Source: an uncultured Candidatus Rokubacteria bacterium (GTDB lineage: Bacteria > Methylomirabilota > Methylomirabilia > Rokubacteriales > CSP1-6). From it: a stretch of DNA of 64,000 nt. The stretch is taken from assembly GCA_963789955.1 (NCBI GenBank), contig CAWBMV010000006.1:442265-506264 (forward strand). Reading direction: 5' to 3'. The notes under the pieces were generated by a model. The model searched no databases. It was not told the origin of the DNA and saw only the letters and a program-made list of their open reading frames with translations. The translations under genes were made by a program, and so were the position numbers. This document shows, in pieces, positions 1-9,953 of the stretch (its first letter is position 1; each line of letters starts with the position of its first letter).

Positions 1-1109
1 ATCGGCCACGCCGGCACGTTGATCTCGGCCATCCTGTATCTGTTCCGCGCGCGCTGGCGGACGTCGATCTACCGCGGCGCCGAGGCGATGACGATCTTCG
101 CGGTCATGACCGCCGGGCTGTTCCCGCTGATCCACGCCGGGCGGATGTGGTTCGCGTACTTCCTGTTGCCGTACCCGAACCAGCGCTTCCTCTGGCCGAA
201 CTTCCGCTCGCCGCTCGTGTGGGACGTGTTCGCGATCTCGACCTACCTCTCGGTCAGCACGGTCTTCTTCATCGTCGGGCTGGTGCCGGACATCGCCGCG
301 CTGCGCGACGCCTCGACCGGCTGGCGCCGGCGGATCTTCTCGATGCTGGCGCTCGGGTGGGAGGGCTCGGACACGCAGTGGCGCCACTACCGCCGCGCGT
401 ACGGCCTGCTGGCCTCGCTGGCGACGCCGCTCGTGCTCTCCGTGCACAGCGTCGTGTCCTGGGACTTCGCGATGGCGCTCGTCCCGGGCTGGCACTCGAC
501 GCTGTTCGCGCCGTTCTTCGTCGATGGCGCGATCTTCTCCGGCTTCGCGATGGTGCTGATCCTGATGCTGCCCATGCGGCACTTCTTCCACCTGCACGCG
601 TACGTCACCGACAAGCATCTGGACGCGATGGGCAAGCTGATCCTGGTCACCGGCCTCGTCCTGACCTACTTCTACATCTGCGAGGTGTTCACGTCGCTCT
701 ACAGCGGCGAGCACATCGAGAAGGCGTCGCTCTTCTGGAAGGTGACGACAGACCTACGCGTGGGCGCTGTGGACGATGTACTTCTGCAACTGCGTGGCGC
801 CGCTGATCCTCTTCTGGAAGCGGGCGCGCACGAGCCCGGTCATTCTGTACATCGTGTCGATCCTGGTGCTGATCGGGATGTGGTTCGAGCGCTTCAACAT
901 CATCGTCCCGTCGCTCGGCCACGACTTCTATCCGTACACGTGGGGCATCTACTATCCGAGCCCCGACGGACACGATGATCGTGATCGGCAGCTTCTCGTT
1001 CTTCTTCCTGCTGTTCCTCGGCTTCATCAAGCTGATGCCGTCGCTGTCGATCGTCGAGGTCAAGGAGACGATCCCGCCGCCGATCCGGGACAGAGCCCAT
1101 GGCCACTGA
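1..1109 (+). CDS. actC: NrfD/PsrC-family membrane subunit of alternative complex III (ActC), 5'-truncated by window edge, frameshifted
   Basis: Motifs [61 protein letters not shown] and [10 protein letters not shown] lie across frames (shifts near 745-775 and 965); stop TGA 1107-1109 overlaps the next gene. Confidence 0.85.
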
Positions 1110-1744
1110 GACGGTCCTCGGCGTCTTCGCCCACGTCGACACGACGGTGCGCGCGCTCGAGGAGCTGCGCGCGCGCGGCTACCACGACCTCACGGTCTAC
1201 ACGCCGCTGCCCGTCCACGAGATCGAGGAGGTGCTCGAGCGCGACCGGCCGGTCAGCCGCGTGCGGCTCTTCACCCTGATCGGCGGGCTCACGGGAATCG
1301 CCTCGGCCTTCATCCTGACGATCTGGAGCTCGATGGTGTGGGGACTGGTCACCGGCGGCAAGTACATGCAACCGGTGAGCGGAGGCGGTCATCAGCGGCT
1401 CCTCGCTGCCGCCGTTCTTCATCATCGCGTTCGAGCTGATGGTGCTCTTCGCCGGGTTCGCGACGGTCATCGGCATGGTCGTGCTCGGGCGGCTCCCGCG
1501 GCTGCGGCCGAGCACGAGCTACGATCCGCGCTTCACCAACGACCGCTTCGGCGTGGCCGTCCACTGCGCCCCCGAACGCGCCGCGTCGGTCCACGAGCTC
1601 CTCCGAGGAGCGGGCGCCGAAGAAGTCAAAGCCGCGATGAAAAAAACGATCAGCCATCGGGTCAGATCGGGCGAGCGGAGCCACGCCGCACCTATCTCAG
1701 GCCACCCTCGGTCCAAGCCGGCCTCAAGGCCCCCGCTCCCATGA
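1099..1744 (+). CDS. actD: DUF3341-family alternative complex III subunit (ActD), frameshift near 1375-1385
   Basis: VLGVF...VYTPLPVHEIEEVL N-terminus; PFFIIAFELMVLFA and YDPRFTNDRFGV...GAEEV C-terminus; as assembled, the C-terminal tail is contributed by the 74-bp repeat. Confidence 0.75.
1668..1741 (+). repeat. 74-bp dispersed element, copy 1
   Basis: CGGGCGAGCGGAGCCACGCCGCACCTATCTCAGGCCACCCTCGGTCCAAGCCGGCCTCAAGGCCCCCGCTCCCA; colinear with copies at 9981, 10637 and 49213. Confidence 0.9.
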
Positions 1745-2248
1745 AATACGTCTTCATCCTGATGCTGCTGGTGGTCGGCGCCGCCGCCGGAGCGTGGGGC
1801 GCGGCGATCGTCGTCCGCTGGAACGACAACATGACGCACACCGCGCGGATCATGCCGGGCGAGCGCGTGTTCTCGATGCCGCCGGGCGTGGTCCCGCGCG
1901 GCGGTGATCTGATCATCCCCAAGGAGCAGCGCGACGTCGCGGCCAAGCAGCCGAATCCGGTGAAGGCCTCCGAGGCCTCCGTGACGATCGGCAAGGAGCG
2001 CTTCGCGACCTTCTGCGTGCCCTGCCACGGTCCCGAAGGCGAAGGGTGGGACGAGCGGGCTCGTCGCGACGAAATTCATCCCGACGCCGGACCTGACGAA
2101 CGCCGAGCTCCAGAAGCAGCGGACCGACGGCTACTGGCACAGCTACATCGTCGTGGGCGGGGCCGTGATGCCCGCGTACGGCGAGGCGCTGTCGACGCAA
2201 GAGGCATGGCACATCGTGAACTTCCTGCGGTCGATCGCCCAGAAATGA
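1741..2248 (+). CDS. actE: Monoheme cytochrome c subunit of alternative complex III (ActE), frameshift near 2045
   Basis: N-terminal membrane anchor, CVPCHG heme motif, then in shifted frame TPDLT...DGYWHSYIVVGGAVMPAYGEALSTQEAWHIVNFLRS. Confidence 0.8.
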
Positions 2249-3354
2249 CGGTCTTCTGGAGTCTCGTCGCCGCGCTCGGCGCGGTCGTGTTCCTGGTCGG
2301 CGCGAACTCATCCGACGCCCAGCAGGTCTGGTCGATCTATCTCGTGAACCTCGTGTTCTGGTCCGGGATCGCCGTGAGCGGACCGGCGATCGCGGGCATG
2401 ATGCAGGTCACCGAGGCGCGCTGGTCCCCGAGCGTGCGGCGCATCGCGCTGACGACGGCCGGGTTCCTGCCGATCTCGTTCGTGCTCTTTCTCGTGCTGT
2501 ACGCCGGTCAGACCGTTCTCTATCCGTGGGTCACGAAGCCGATCCCGGCGAAGGCCGCCTGGCTGAACGTGCCGTTCTTCTGGCTCAGGACGTACGTGCT
2601 CGCCGCGGTGCTCTTCGCCGTCTGCTTCGCGTTCGTGCGGGCGTTGCTGCGTGACGCGATCCCGCCGGACGACGAGCGCGAGCGCGCGCATCGCAACCGC
2701 ATCGCGGTGATCTTGTTGATGCTCTGGCTCGTGACGGTCTCGCTCTGGGGCTTCGATCTGCTGATGTCGCTCGACCCGAGATGGTACAGCGGCCTCTACG
2801 GCGGGTACTTCGCGGTGAGCGCGCTCTACACCGCGTTCTGCCTCCTGTCGATCCTCACGGTCCGGACCAATGCCCGCGGGCGCGCCTCGATCCCGCCCGA
2901 CGCGGTCCAGGACGTCGCCAAGCTGCAGTTCGCGCTCTCGATCGTCTGGATGTACTTCTTCTGGTCGCAGTACATCGTGATCTGGTATGGCAACGTGCCG
3001 GTCGAGACGCGATTCTTCATCCAGCGTGTCTTCGTGCAGCCGTGGATGACCCTGGCGTGGGTGGTGCTCGTGGTGGGCTGGCTGATCCCATTCGCGTATC
3101 TGCTCAAGCGACTCACCGGCCGGCCGCCGCAGCGACACGCCCCGCTCGTCGTGGTGGCGGTGTTCGGACTGGTGGGGATCTTCCTCGAGCGGGTCTTCCT
3201 CGTCTTTCCGTCGGTCTCATCCAGCCTGCACCTGCCGCTCACGCTCCGCGATCTCGCGATCACCGCCGGCTTCCTGGCGCTCTTCGTCCTGAGCCGCCGC
3301 TGGTTCTTCGGCTACTTCAAGCCCGTCCTCAATCTGCCGCACACCGGTCACTAG
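2245..3354 (+). CDS. actF: Polytopic membrane subunit of alternative complex III (ActF)
   Basis: About 10 hydrophobic segments; WLNVPFF, DLLMSLDPRWYSGLYG and YFFWSQYIVIWYGNVPVE motifs; ATGA overlap with actE. Confidence 0.8.
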   Translation: MTVFWSLVAALGAVVFLVGANSSDAQQVWSIYLVNLVFWSGIAVSGPAIAGMMQVTEARWSPSVRRIALTTAGFLPISFVLFLVLYAGQTVLYPWVTKPIPAKAAWLNVPFFWLRTYVLAAVLFAVCFAFVRALLRDAIPPDDERERAHRNRIAVILLMLWLVTVSLWGFDLLMSLDPRWYSGLYGGYFAVSALYTAFCLLSILTVRTNARGRASIPPDAVQDVAKLQFALSIVWMYFFWSQYIVIWYGNVPVETRFFIQRVFVQPWMTLAWVVLVVGWLIPFAYLLKRLTGRPPQRHAPLVVVAVFGLVGIFLERVFLVFPSVSSSLHLPLTLRDLAITAGFLALFVLSRRWFFGYFKPVLNLPHTGH

Positions 3355-3368
3355 TCCTTCGCGTCACC

Positions 3369-3506
3369 GGGGACCGAGGGGCGGGCTGGGATGCCCCCCG
3401 CGACCTGCGCGCGAAGACTGCAAAGAGACGAAACCATTCGCTTGCAGTTCAAGTTGCCGTACCTACACAGGTCGCGGGGGGCATCCCCAGCCCGCCCCTC
3501 GGCCCC
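3369..3506. repeat. Long inverted repeat (about 39-bp arms, 60-bp AT-richer core), MITE-like
   Basis: Left arm GGGGACCGAGGGGCGGGCTGGGATGCCCCCCGCGACCTG (3369-3407) matches the reverse complement of 3468-3506 except for two single-base indels. Confidence 0.85.
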
Positions 3507-3518
3507 CTGCGCGTGTAG

Positions 3519-3524
3519 TAGAGT
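3519..3524 (+). promoter_or_regulatory. Putative -10 box (TAGAGT) for a leaderless moeA transcript
   Basis: TANNNT hexamer 6 nt upstream of GTG 3531; no Shine-Dalgarno. Confidence 0.5.
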
Positions 3525-3530
3525 AACCGT

Positions 3531-4742
3531 GTGCTTACCGTCGAGGACGCGCGCGAAGGGATTCTTTCACGCGTAGTGCCGCTATCAATCGAGCGCGTCG
3601 AGATCATGGCGGCGCTCGGGCGTGTGCTGGCCGAGCCCATCGTCTCGCGGGCGACGATTCCGCCGTGGCCGAATTCGTCGATGGACGGGTACGCCGTCCG
3701 GTCCACGGACACGAACGGAACCGTCGAGCTCGCCGTCGTCGGCCGGATCATCGCCGGCACCATGCCGTCCCGAGCGCTCGGGGCGGGCGAGTCGATGCGG
3801 ATCTTCACCGGCGCGCCGCTTCCAGAGGGCGCCGACGCGGTCGTGCCTCAGGAGGACGTCGCCGCCGACGGCGACCGGGTCACGGTCCGCGGACGCATCG
3901 CCCCCGGCGCCTACGTGCGCCCCGCGGGGGAGGACGTTCGGACCGGTGACGTGGTGGTCGAGCCCGGCGGCGTCATCGGCGCGGCGGAAGTGGGCCTTCT
4001 CGCGACGCTCGGGTACTCGCAGGTTCGTGTCTACCGCCGTCCGCGTGTCGCGATCCTTTCAACCGGCAACGAGCTCGCGGACCTCGGGACACAGCCGGGC
4101 CCGGCCCAGATTCCAAACACCAACACGTACTCGCTCATGGCGCAGGTGATCGAAGCGGGAGCCGAGCCCGTCAACCTGGGCGTCGCGCCCGACCAGCTCG
4201 AGGCGATCATCGAGCGGGTGCGGTGGGGACTCAGGTCCGCCGACGTGCTCGTGACGTCCGCGGGCGTGTCGGTCGGAGAGCTCGATCTGGTCCGCGAGGC
4301 GCTCGAGCGGAGCGGCGCCGAGCTCCATCTGTGGCAGGTGTCGATGCGCCCGGGTAAGCCGATCACGTTCGGCACCCGCGGCACCCAGCCGGTCTTCGGG
4401 CTGCCCGGCAATCCCGTGTCCGCGATGGTGACGTTCGAGCTCTTCGTTCGCCCCGCCTTGCGACGGATGGCAGGCGCGCACGTGCTCGACCGTCCACGGC
4501 TTCGGGCACGCGCGATCGAGCCGATCGCGAACCCGGGATCGCGGCGCGGCTATCTCCGCGTCACCCTCAGGGAGGATGCGCAGGGCTACGGCGCGCAGCT
4601 CACCGGCGACCAGGGCTCGGCGATCCTGCGCTCCATGGTGCTCGCCGACGGGCTCGCCGTCGTCGCTCCCGACACCACGATCGGCGCCGGCGAGGCGGTC
4701 GACGTCATCGTGCTGCGCTCACTCGAGCCGAGAACGCGCTGA
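3531..4742 (+). CDS. moeA: Molybdopterin molybdotransferase MoeA
   Basis: PPWPNSSMDGYAV, RIFTGAPLPEGADAVVPQE, STGNEL, MRPGKP and GLPGNPVS motifs. Confidence 0.95.
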   Translation: MLTVEDAREGILSRVVPLSIERVEIMAALGRVLAEPIVSRATIPPWPNSSMDGYAVRSTDTNGTVELAVVGRIIAGTMPSRALGAGESMRIFTGAPLPEGADAVVPQEDVAADGDRVTVRGRIAPGAYVRPAGEDVRTGDVVVEPGGVIGAAEVGLLATLGYSQVRVYRRPRVAILSTGNELADLGTQPGPAQIPNTNTYSLMAQVIEAGAEPVNLGVAPDQLEAIIERVRWGLRSADVLVTSAGVSVGELDLVREALERSGAELHLWQVSMRPGKPITFGTRGTQPVFGLPGNPVSAMVTFELFVRPALRRMAGAHVLDRPRLRARAIEPIANPGSRRGYLRVTLREDAQGYGAQLTGDQGSAILRSMVLADGLAVVAPDTTIGAGEAVDVIVLRSLEPRTR

Positions 4743-4746
4743 GGCG

Positions 4747-4776
4747 TTGACAGCGTTTTCTTTCGCGTGCTACGGT
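4747..4776 (+). promoter_or_regulatory. Putative sigma70 promoter (TTGACA-N18-TACGGT)
   Basis: Perfect -35 at 4747-4752, -10-like hexamer at 4771-4776, ATG at 4785. Confidence 0.5.
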
Positions 4777-4784
4777 CGACACGG

Positions 4785-5848
4785 ATGAGCCGAGGCCTCT
4801 GCGTGTTGGCCGCGCTGGCGATTCTCGCTGGCGGCTGCGCGAGTCGGCGTGCGGTGGACCGACTCGAATCCGAAGTTGGGCGGCTCCGCTCGGAGCTCGC
4901 CGAGATGCGCGTCGCTCAAGAAGCCACCAGCCGCGGCGTCGCCACGATCACCTCCCAGCTTCAGTCGCTCGACATCCCGGCACTCGGAGACGAGGTCGGG
5001 CGGCTCAGCCGACGCGCCGATGCCAACGAGATGGCGATCGCGGCCACGCGGACGCAAGTCGAAGCCCTCACGCCCCCGACAGGCAGTATCGGGCGCGCCG
5101 ACTCCGACGCCGGCGCCCGCTCCAGCACCAGCCGGAACGACGCGGGTCCCTGCGCCGTTGCCGCCAAGCTCCGCCGTGACGTCGCCGGTGCCACGCGCCG
5201 TTGCCGCCCGCTCCGACGGTGACGACCCCGGTCCCGGCGCCCGCGCCGTCCGGTCGAGCGTCGATCTCGCCACCGCCGGCTCCCGCGCCGCCGCCGGCCG
5301 CGACGATGTTGCCGTCGCCGACGCTATCCCCGACGTCGGCGCCGCCGCCGGCGGTCATACCGTCCAGCGCGGCCGTCGAGAAACCTCGCGTGACGCCGCC
5401 GCCGGCTCCGGTGGTGCCACCGGCGGCGACGACCGTCACGCCGGCGAAACCCGCTCAGAAGGCCGGCGGCAATCCGGAGCAGGAGTATGCCGCCGCGCTC
5501 GCCACGTATCGAGCGCGCGAGCACGGGCAAGCGGTGATCGACTTCCTCGACTTCATCGCGAAGTATCCGAAGCATCCGCTGGCCGGCAACGCGCAGTACT
5601 GGATCGGCGAAGCGTACTGGGCGCAGCGAGACTACCGGCAGGCGCTCGTCGAGTTCGAGAAGGTGTTCGAGCACGGCCCACAGAAGGCGCCCGACGCGCA
5701 GCTCAAGATCGGTCTCTGCTATCTCCGCCTGGGCGACGTGCCGCGCGCGCAGCAGGCCTGGCAGCGCGTGGTCAACGAGTATCCGAAGTCCGAGTCGGCC
5801 GCGATGGCCCGGTCGCTGATCGCCACGCACTCCGCCGCGCGGCGGTAG
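4785..5848 (+). CDS. cpoB: CpoB/YbgF-like lipoprotein (coiled coil, Pro-rich linker, TPR), frameshifted in the linker
   Basis: Lipobox-like LAGGC, N-terminal coiled coil, C-terminal TPR FIAKYPKHPLAGNAQYWIGEAY...KAPDAQLKIG...YPKSESA. Confidence 0.7.
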
Positions 5849-5928
5849 CGCGTCGCGCCGTATCCGTTCGGGCTCTCTGGCGCGCTCGATCGCTTCGCTA
5901 TACTGAAAATCCGCGACGCGTGACGACC

Positions 5929-6822
5929 ATGATGGAGCTTCGTCCCGGAGACCCCCGCTACCCCGCGCTGCTGCGCGCGATTCCCTCGGCGCCCGCCCTC
6001 TATGTGCGCGGCGAGCTCCACGCCGACGACGCGCTCGCCATCGCGATCGTCGGCTCGCGGCGCTGCACACCGTATGGGATCGCCGCGACCGAGCAGCTCG
6101 CCTCGGACCTGGCCGCGCGCGGCGTGACGATCGTGAGCGGCCTGGCGCGCGGGATCGACACCGCCGCGCACCGGAGCGCCCTGGCGGCGGGCGGACGGAC
6201 CCTGGCCGTGCTCGGCTGCGGCGTCGACGTCGTCTACCCGCGGGAGAACGTGCCGCTCGCCCGCGCCATCGAATCCCAGGGCGCGATCCTGTCGCAGTTT
6301 CCGCCAGGCATGCCCGCGCTGGCCGGGCACTTTCCCGCGCGCAACCGCACGCTCGCCGGGCTGGCGCTCGGCGTCGTCGTGGTCGAGGCCGCGGAGCGCA
6401 GCGGTGCCCTGATCACGGCGGGATTCGCAGGCGATCTGGGCCGCGAAACCTTCGCCGTTCCTGGCCGAATCACGTCACCGACGAGCGTCGGCGCCAATCG
6501 ACTCATACAGGACGGTGCTAAACTCGTTACATGCTGGCAGGACATCGTGTCAGAATTGCCAGAGCAATGGCGCCGCGCCGTACGCGGGTTGTCGGCGTCG
6601 ACGGGCGAGGAGCACGCGCCCGAGAACGAGAGTGACGAGGGTCGAATGTTGCGGTGTTTGGCTCAGGATGAGCCGCAGCACATCGAGCAGCTGATCGTGC
6701 GCTCGGGATTCGTTCCCGCGCGAGCGGCGGCGTTGCTCGTGACCCTCGAGCTGGGCGGATGGGCCCGGCAGCTTGCGGGACAGCGGTGGGTCTCGCTCGA
6801 GACGCGCGCGAGGAGAGCGTAG
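5929..6822 (+). CDS. dprA: DNA-processing protein DprA
   Basis: IAIVGSR, IVSGLARGIDTAAH, FPARNR, EAAERSGALITA and GANRLIQDGAKL motifs; precedes topA; TATACT at 5899-5904. Confidence 0.92.
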   Translation: MMELRPGDPRYPALLRAIPSAPALYVRGELHADDALAIAIVGSRRCTPYGIAATEQLASDLAARGVTIVSGLARGIDTAAHRSALAAGGRTLAVLGCGVDVVYPRENVPLARAIESQGAILSQFPPGMPALAGHFPARNRTLAGLALGVVVVEAAERSGALITAGFAGDLGRETFAVPGRITSPTSVGANRLIQDGAKLVTCWQDIVSELPEQWRRAVRGLSASTGEEHAPENESDEGRMLRCLAQDEPQHIEQLIVRSGFVPARAAALLVTLELGGWARQLAGQRWVSLETRARRA

Positions 6823-9075
6823 GTGGCGGCGAAACGGTCGTTGGTCGTCGTGGAGTCACCGACCAAGGTCAAGACGATCCAGAAATATCTGGACTCGAAG
6901 TACATCGTCAAGGCCTCGATGGGCCACGTCCGGGACTTGCCGAAGTCACAGCTCGGCGTCGACCCGAAGAAGAACTTCAAGCCGAAGTACGTCGTCTCGC
7001 CGGCCAAGAAGAAGATCCTCGACGACCTGAAGAAGGCCGCCGAGAAGGTCGAAGCGCTGTACGTCGCCACCGACCCCGACCGTGAGGGTGAGGCGATCGG
7101 CTGGCACCTCGCGGAAGAGCTCGGCGTCGCCAAGAAGAACGTCTACCGCATCACGTTCAACGAGATCACCGAGCGCGCGGTCAAGGCCGCCTTCACGCAG
7201 CCGGGCAAGATCGATCTGAAAAAGGTCGACGCCCAGCAGGCGCGCCGCGTGCTCGATCGCCTCGTGGGCTACAGCCTGTCGCCTTTGCTCTGGGAAAAGG
7301 TCCAGCGCGGTCTCTCGGCCGGACGTGTGCAGTCGGTGGCGGTGCGGCTGATCGTCGACCGCGAGCGCGAGATCAAGGCGTTCCTGCCGGTCGAGTACTG
7401 GTCGCTCCACGCGCGGCTCAAGGCGGCCCGACCGCCGGAGTTCGTGGCCACGTTGAAGGAAGTCGCGGGCGAGAAGGCGTCACTCGGCAACGAGGAGACG
7501 ACGCGCGCCCTGATGGCCTCGCTCGACGGCGCCCGGTTCGTCGTCAAGTCCGTCACGCGCGGTGAGCGCCGCCGAAACCCGGCGCCCCCGTTCATCACCT
7601 CCACGTTGCAGCAGGAGGCGGGCAAGAAGCTCGGCTTCACGGCGCGCAAGACCATGACGATCGCGCAGCAGCTCTATGAAGGGATCGATCTCGGGGCCGA
7701 GGGCGCCGAAGGCCTCATCACTTATATGCGTACCGACTCGGTCCGGGTGGCGCGCGAGGCGCAGGCCGCGGCACGCGGCTGGGTGATCGCACGAATCGGG
7801 GATGAGTACGTTCCCGAGGCGCCGCCCACGTACCGCTCGCGCGGGAGCGCCCAGGAGGCGCACGAGGCGATCCGCCCCTCCGAGCTCAGAAACGAGCCTC
7901 GGGCCGTCGCGCAGTTCCTCTCCAAGGACCAGATGGCGCTCTACCGGCTGATCTGGGAGCGCTTCCTGGGCAGCCAGATGATGCCCGCGGTCTACGACAC
8001 GGTGGGCGCCGACATCGAGGCCGGGCAGTGCCTCTTCCGGGCGCAGGGCGCCACCCTCAAGTTCAAGGGCTTCACGGCCGTCTACGAGGAGAGTCGGGAC
8101 GAAGAGGAGCCCCAGCCAGAGCAAGACCCAGAAGGCCAGGTCCCGCTGCTGGAAGAGGGCGAGGTGCTGACGCTCCTCACCTTGGATCCCAAGCAGCACT
8201 TCACGCAGCCGCCGCCGCGCTTCACCGAGGCCTCGCTGATCAAGGCGCTCGAGGAGCTCGGGATCGGCCGGCCGTCGACCTACGCGTCGATCCTGGGCAC
8301 GATCATCAACGATCGGGGCTACGTGCACCGCGAGCGGCGCACGCTCACGCCGACCGAGCTCGGCATGGCCGTGACCGACAAGCTGATCCCGTACTTCCAG
8401 GACATCATGAACGTCGAGTTCACGGCGCAGATGGAAGACAACCTCGACAAGATCGAGGAAGGCGAGCGCAAGTGGGTCGACACGGTTCGGGCATTCTACG
8501 AGCCGTTCAAGCGCGACCTCGCGCGCGCCAAGCGCGAGATGCAGAGCGAAAAGGTGGGCGCGCCCACCGGCGAGACGTGCCCGGAGTGCGGCAGCGAGCT
8601 CCTGGAGAAGCGCGGGCGGTTCGGCAAATTCCTGGCGTGCTCGTCCTATCCGGACTGCCGCTACACGCGCAACCTCGACGGCAGCGGCCGCGCCGAGGAC
8701 GAGCCGGCGAACGAGAATTGCCCGACGTGCAGCAAGCCGATGGTCATCAAGCACGGGCGCTTCGGCAAGTTCATCGCGTGCTCCGGCTATCCGGAGTGCA
8801 AGACGACCAAGCCGGTCACGCTCGGCATCGCGTGCCCCGAGACGGGCTGCACCGGCCAGCTGGTCGAGCGCCGCTCGCGCAAGGGCCGCACGTTCTTCGG
8901 CTGCTCCGCGTATCCGAATTGCAAGTTCGTGGTCTGGCGGCGGCCGGTCAACGAGCCGTGCCCGAAGTGCGGGGCCGCGTTCGTCACCGAGCGCGCCCTG
9001 AAGAACCGGGTCGTCCGCAGCTGCGCGCGCGAGGGTTGCGACTTCGAGCGGGAGGTCGAGCTCCCGGTGACATGA
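6823..9075 (+). CDS. topA: DNA topoisomerase I
   Basis: LVVVESPTK, ATDPDREGE, SAGRVQS, LITYMRTDS, GIGRPSTY and C-terminal zinc ribbons. Confidence 0.97.
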   Translation: MAAKRSLVVVESPTKVKTIQKYLDSKYIVKASMGHVRDLPKSQLGVDPKKNFKPKYVVSPAKKKILDDLKKAAEKVEALYVATDPDREGEAIGWHLAEELGVAKKNVYRITFNEITERAVKAAFTQPGKIDLKKVDAQQARRVLDRLVGYSLSPLLWEKVQRGLSAGRVQSVAVRLIVDREREIKAFLPVEYWSLHARLKAARPPEFVATLKEVAGEKASLGNEETTRALMASLDGARFVVKSVTRGERRRNPAPPFITSTLQQEAGKKLGFTARKTMTIAQQLYEGIDLGAEGAEGLITYMRTDSVRVAREAQAAARGWVIARIGDEYVPEAPPTYRSRGSAQEAHEAIRPSELRNEPRAVAQFLSKDQMALYRLIWERFLGSQMMPAVYDTVGADIEAGQCLFRAQGATLKFKGFTAVYEESRDEEEPQPEQDPEGQVPLLEEGEVLTLLTLDPKQHFTQPPPRFTEASLIKALEELGIGRPSTYASILGTIINDRGYVHRERRTLTPTELGMAVTDKLIPYFQDIMNVEFTAQMEDNLDKIEEGERKWVDTVRAFYEPFKRDLARAKREMQSEKVGAPTGETCPECGSELLEKRGRFGKFLACSSYPDCRYTRNLDGSGRAEDEPANENCPTCSKPMVIKHGRFGKFIACSGYPECKTTKPVTLGIACPETGCTGQLVERRSRKGRTFFGCSAYPNCKFVVWRRPVNEPCPKCGAAFVTERALKNRVVRSCAREGCDFEREVELPVT

Positions 9076-9953
9076 AGGATTCGCTAGGCGCATTTCTCCG
9101 TCACCTCTCGCTCGAGAAGGACGCCTCGCCGCACACGCTCCGAAGCTACCGGACCGATCTCGTCGAGTTCGCGCACTACGCCGGCAGCGGCGATCCGTCG
9201 ACCTGGCTCGGGGACGTCGACACCCGCACGATCCGTGGCTACCTCGCGCACCTTCACGCGCGCTCGCTCGACGCGACGACGATCGCGCGGAAGCTGGCCG
9301 CCGTGCGGAGCTGGTTCCGGTTCCTGGTCCGGCGCGGCGTGCTCGAGCGGAACGTGGCGCGCGAGGTGAGGGGCCCGCGGCCGCCGAGGAAGCTGGTCTC
9401 GTTCCTGCCCATCGACGAGGCGATGTCCCTGATGGACGCCAAGGCGCCCGACGGCGCCGCGCGGGCCCGCGACACCGCGGTGCTCGAGATCCTCTACGCG
9501 ACCGGCCTGCGCGTCTCCGAGCTCGCCGGGCTCGACCTCGACGACATCGATCGCTCGCAGCAAACGGTGCGCGTCCTCGGCAAAGGCCGCAAAGAGCGGA
9601 TCGTGCCGTACGGCGGCCGGGCGGCGAGCGCGCTGGCCGCGTACCTGGACGGTCGCGGTGGTGACGCGGGGCCGCTGTTCCCCAACCGTCGCGGCGGGCG
9701 GCTGACGGTCCGTTCCCTTCACACGATCGTGCGACGGAGCGCGGCGCTGACCGGGATCACCCGGCGCGTGAGCCCGCACACCTTGCGCCACACCTTCGCG
9801 ACCCATCTGCTCGATGCCGGCGCCGATCTGAGAATGATCCAGGAGCTCCTCGGCCACAGCCGGCTGTCGACGACGCAGCGCTACACTCACGTGGGCTCCG
9901 ACCAGCTCATGCGCGTCTACGACGCCGCCCATCCGCGCGCTCGCGCCAAATGA
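9072..9953 (+). CDS. xerC: Tyrosine recombinase XerC
   Basis: [39 protein letters not shown] and [15 protein letters not shown]; dprA-topA-xerC-hslVU context. Confidence 0.92.
   Translation: MKDSLGAFLRHLSLEKDASPHTLRSYRTDLVEFAHYAGSGDPSTWLGDVDTRTIRGYLAHLHARSLDATTIARKLAAVRSWFRFLVRRGVLERNVAREVRGPRPPRKLVSFLPIDEAMSLMDAKAPDGAARARDTAVLEILYATGLRVSELAGLDLDDIDRSQQTVRVLGKGRKERIVPYGGRAASALAAYLDGRGGDAGPLFPNRRGGRLTVRSLHTIVRRSAALTGITRRVSPHTLRHTFATHLLDAGADLRMIQELLGHSRLSTTQRYTHVGSDQLMRVYDAAHPRARAK

Noticed and set aside
1099..3354. 751-aa ORF as an ActD-ActE-ActF fusion
   Set aside because: Artefact of indels joining three genes that each have their own ATGA-coupled starts
5080..5460. Low-complexity CCG-rich repeats
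   Set aside because: Explained by the Pro/Ala/Thr linker of the CpoB-like protein
7480..9093. Long antisense and alternate-frame ORFs (for example 7480-9093, 14950-16716, 32269-34476)
   Set aside because: Shadow ORFs expected in high-GC DNA opposite well-supported genes; no recognisable motifs
9072..9953. Tyrosine recombinase as a prophage or island integrase
   Set aside because: Sits in the conserved dprA-topA-xerC-hslVU housekeeping cluster; no att sites or cargo
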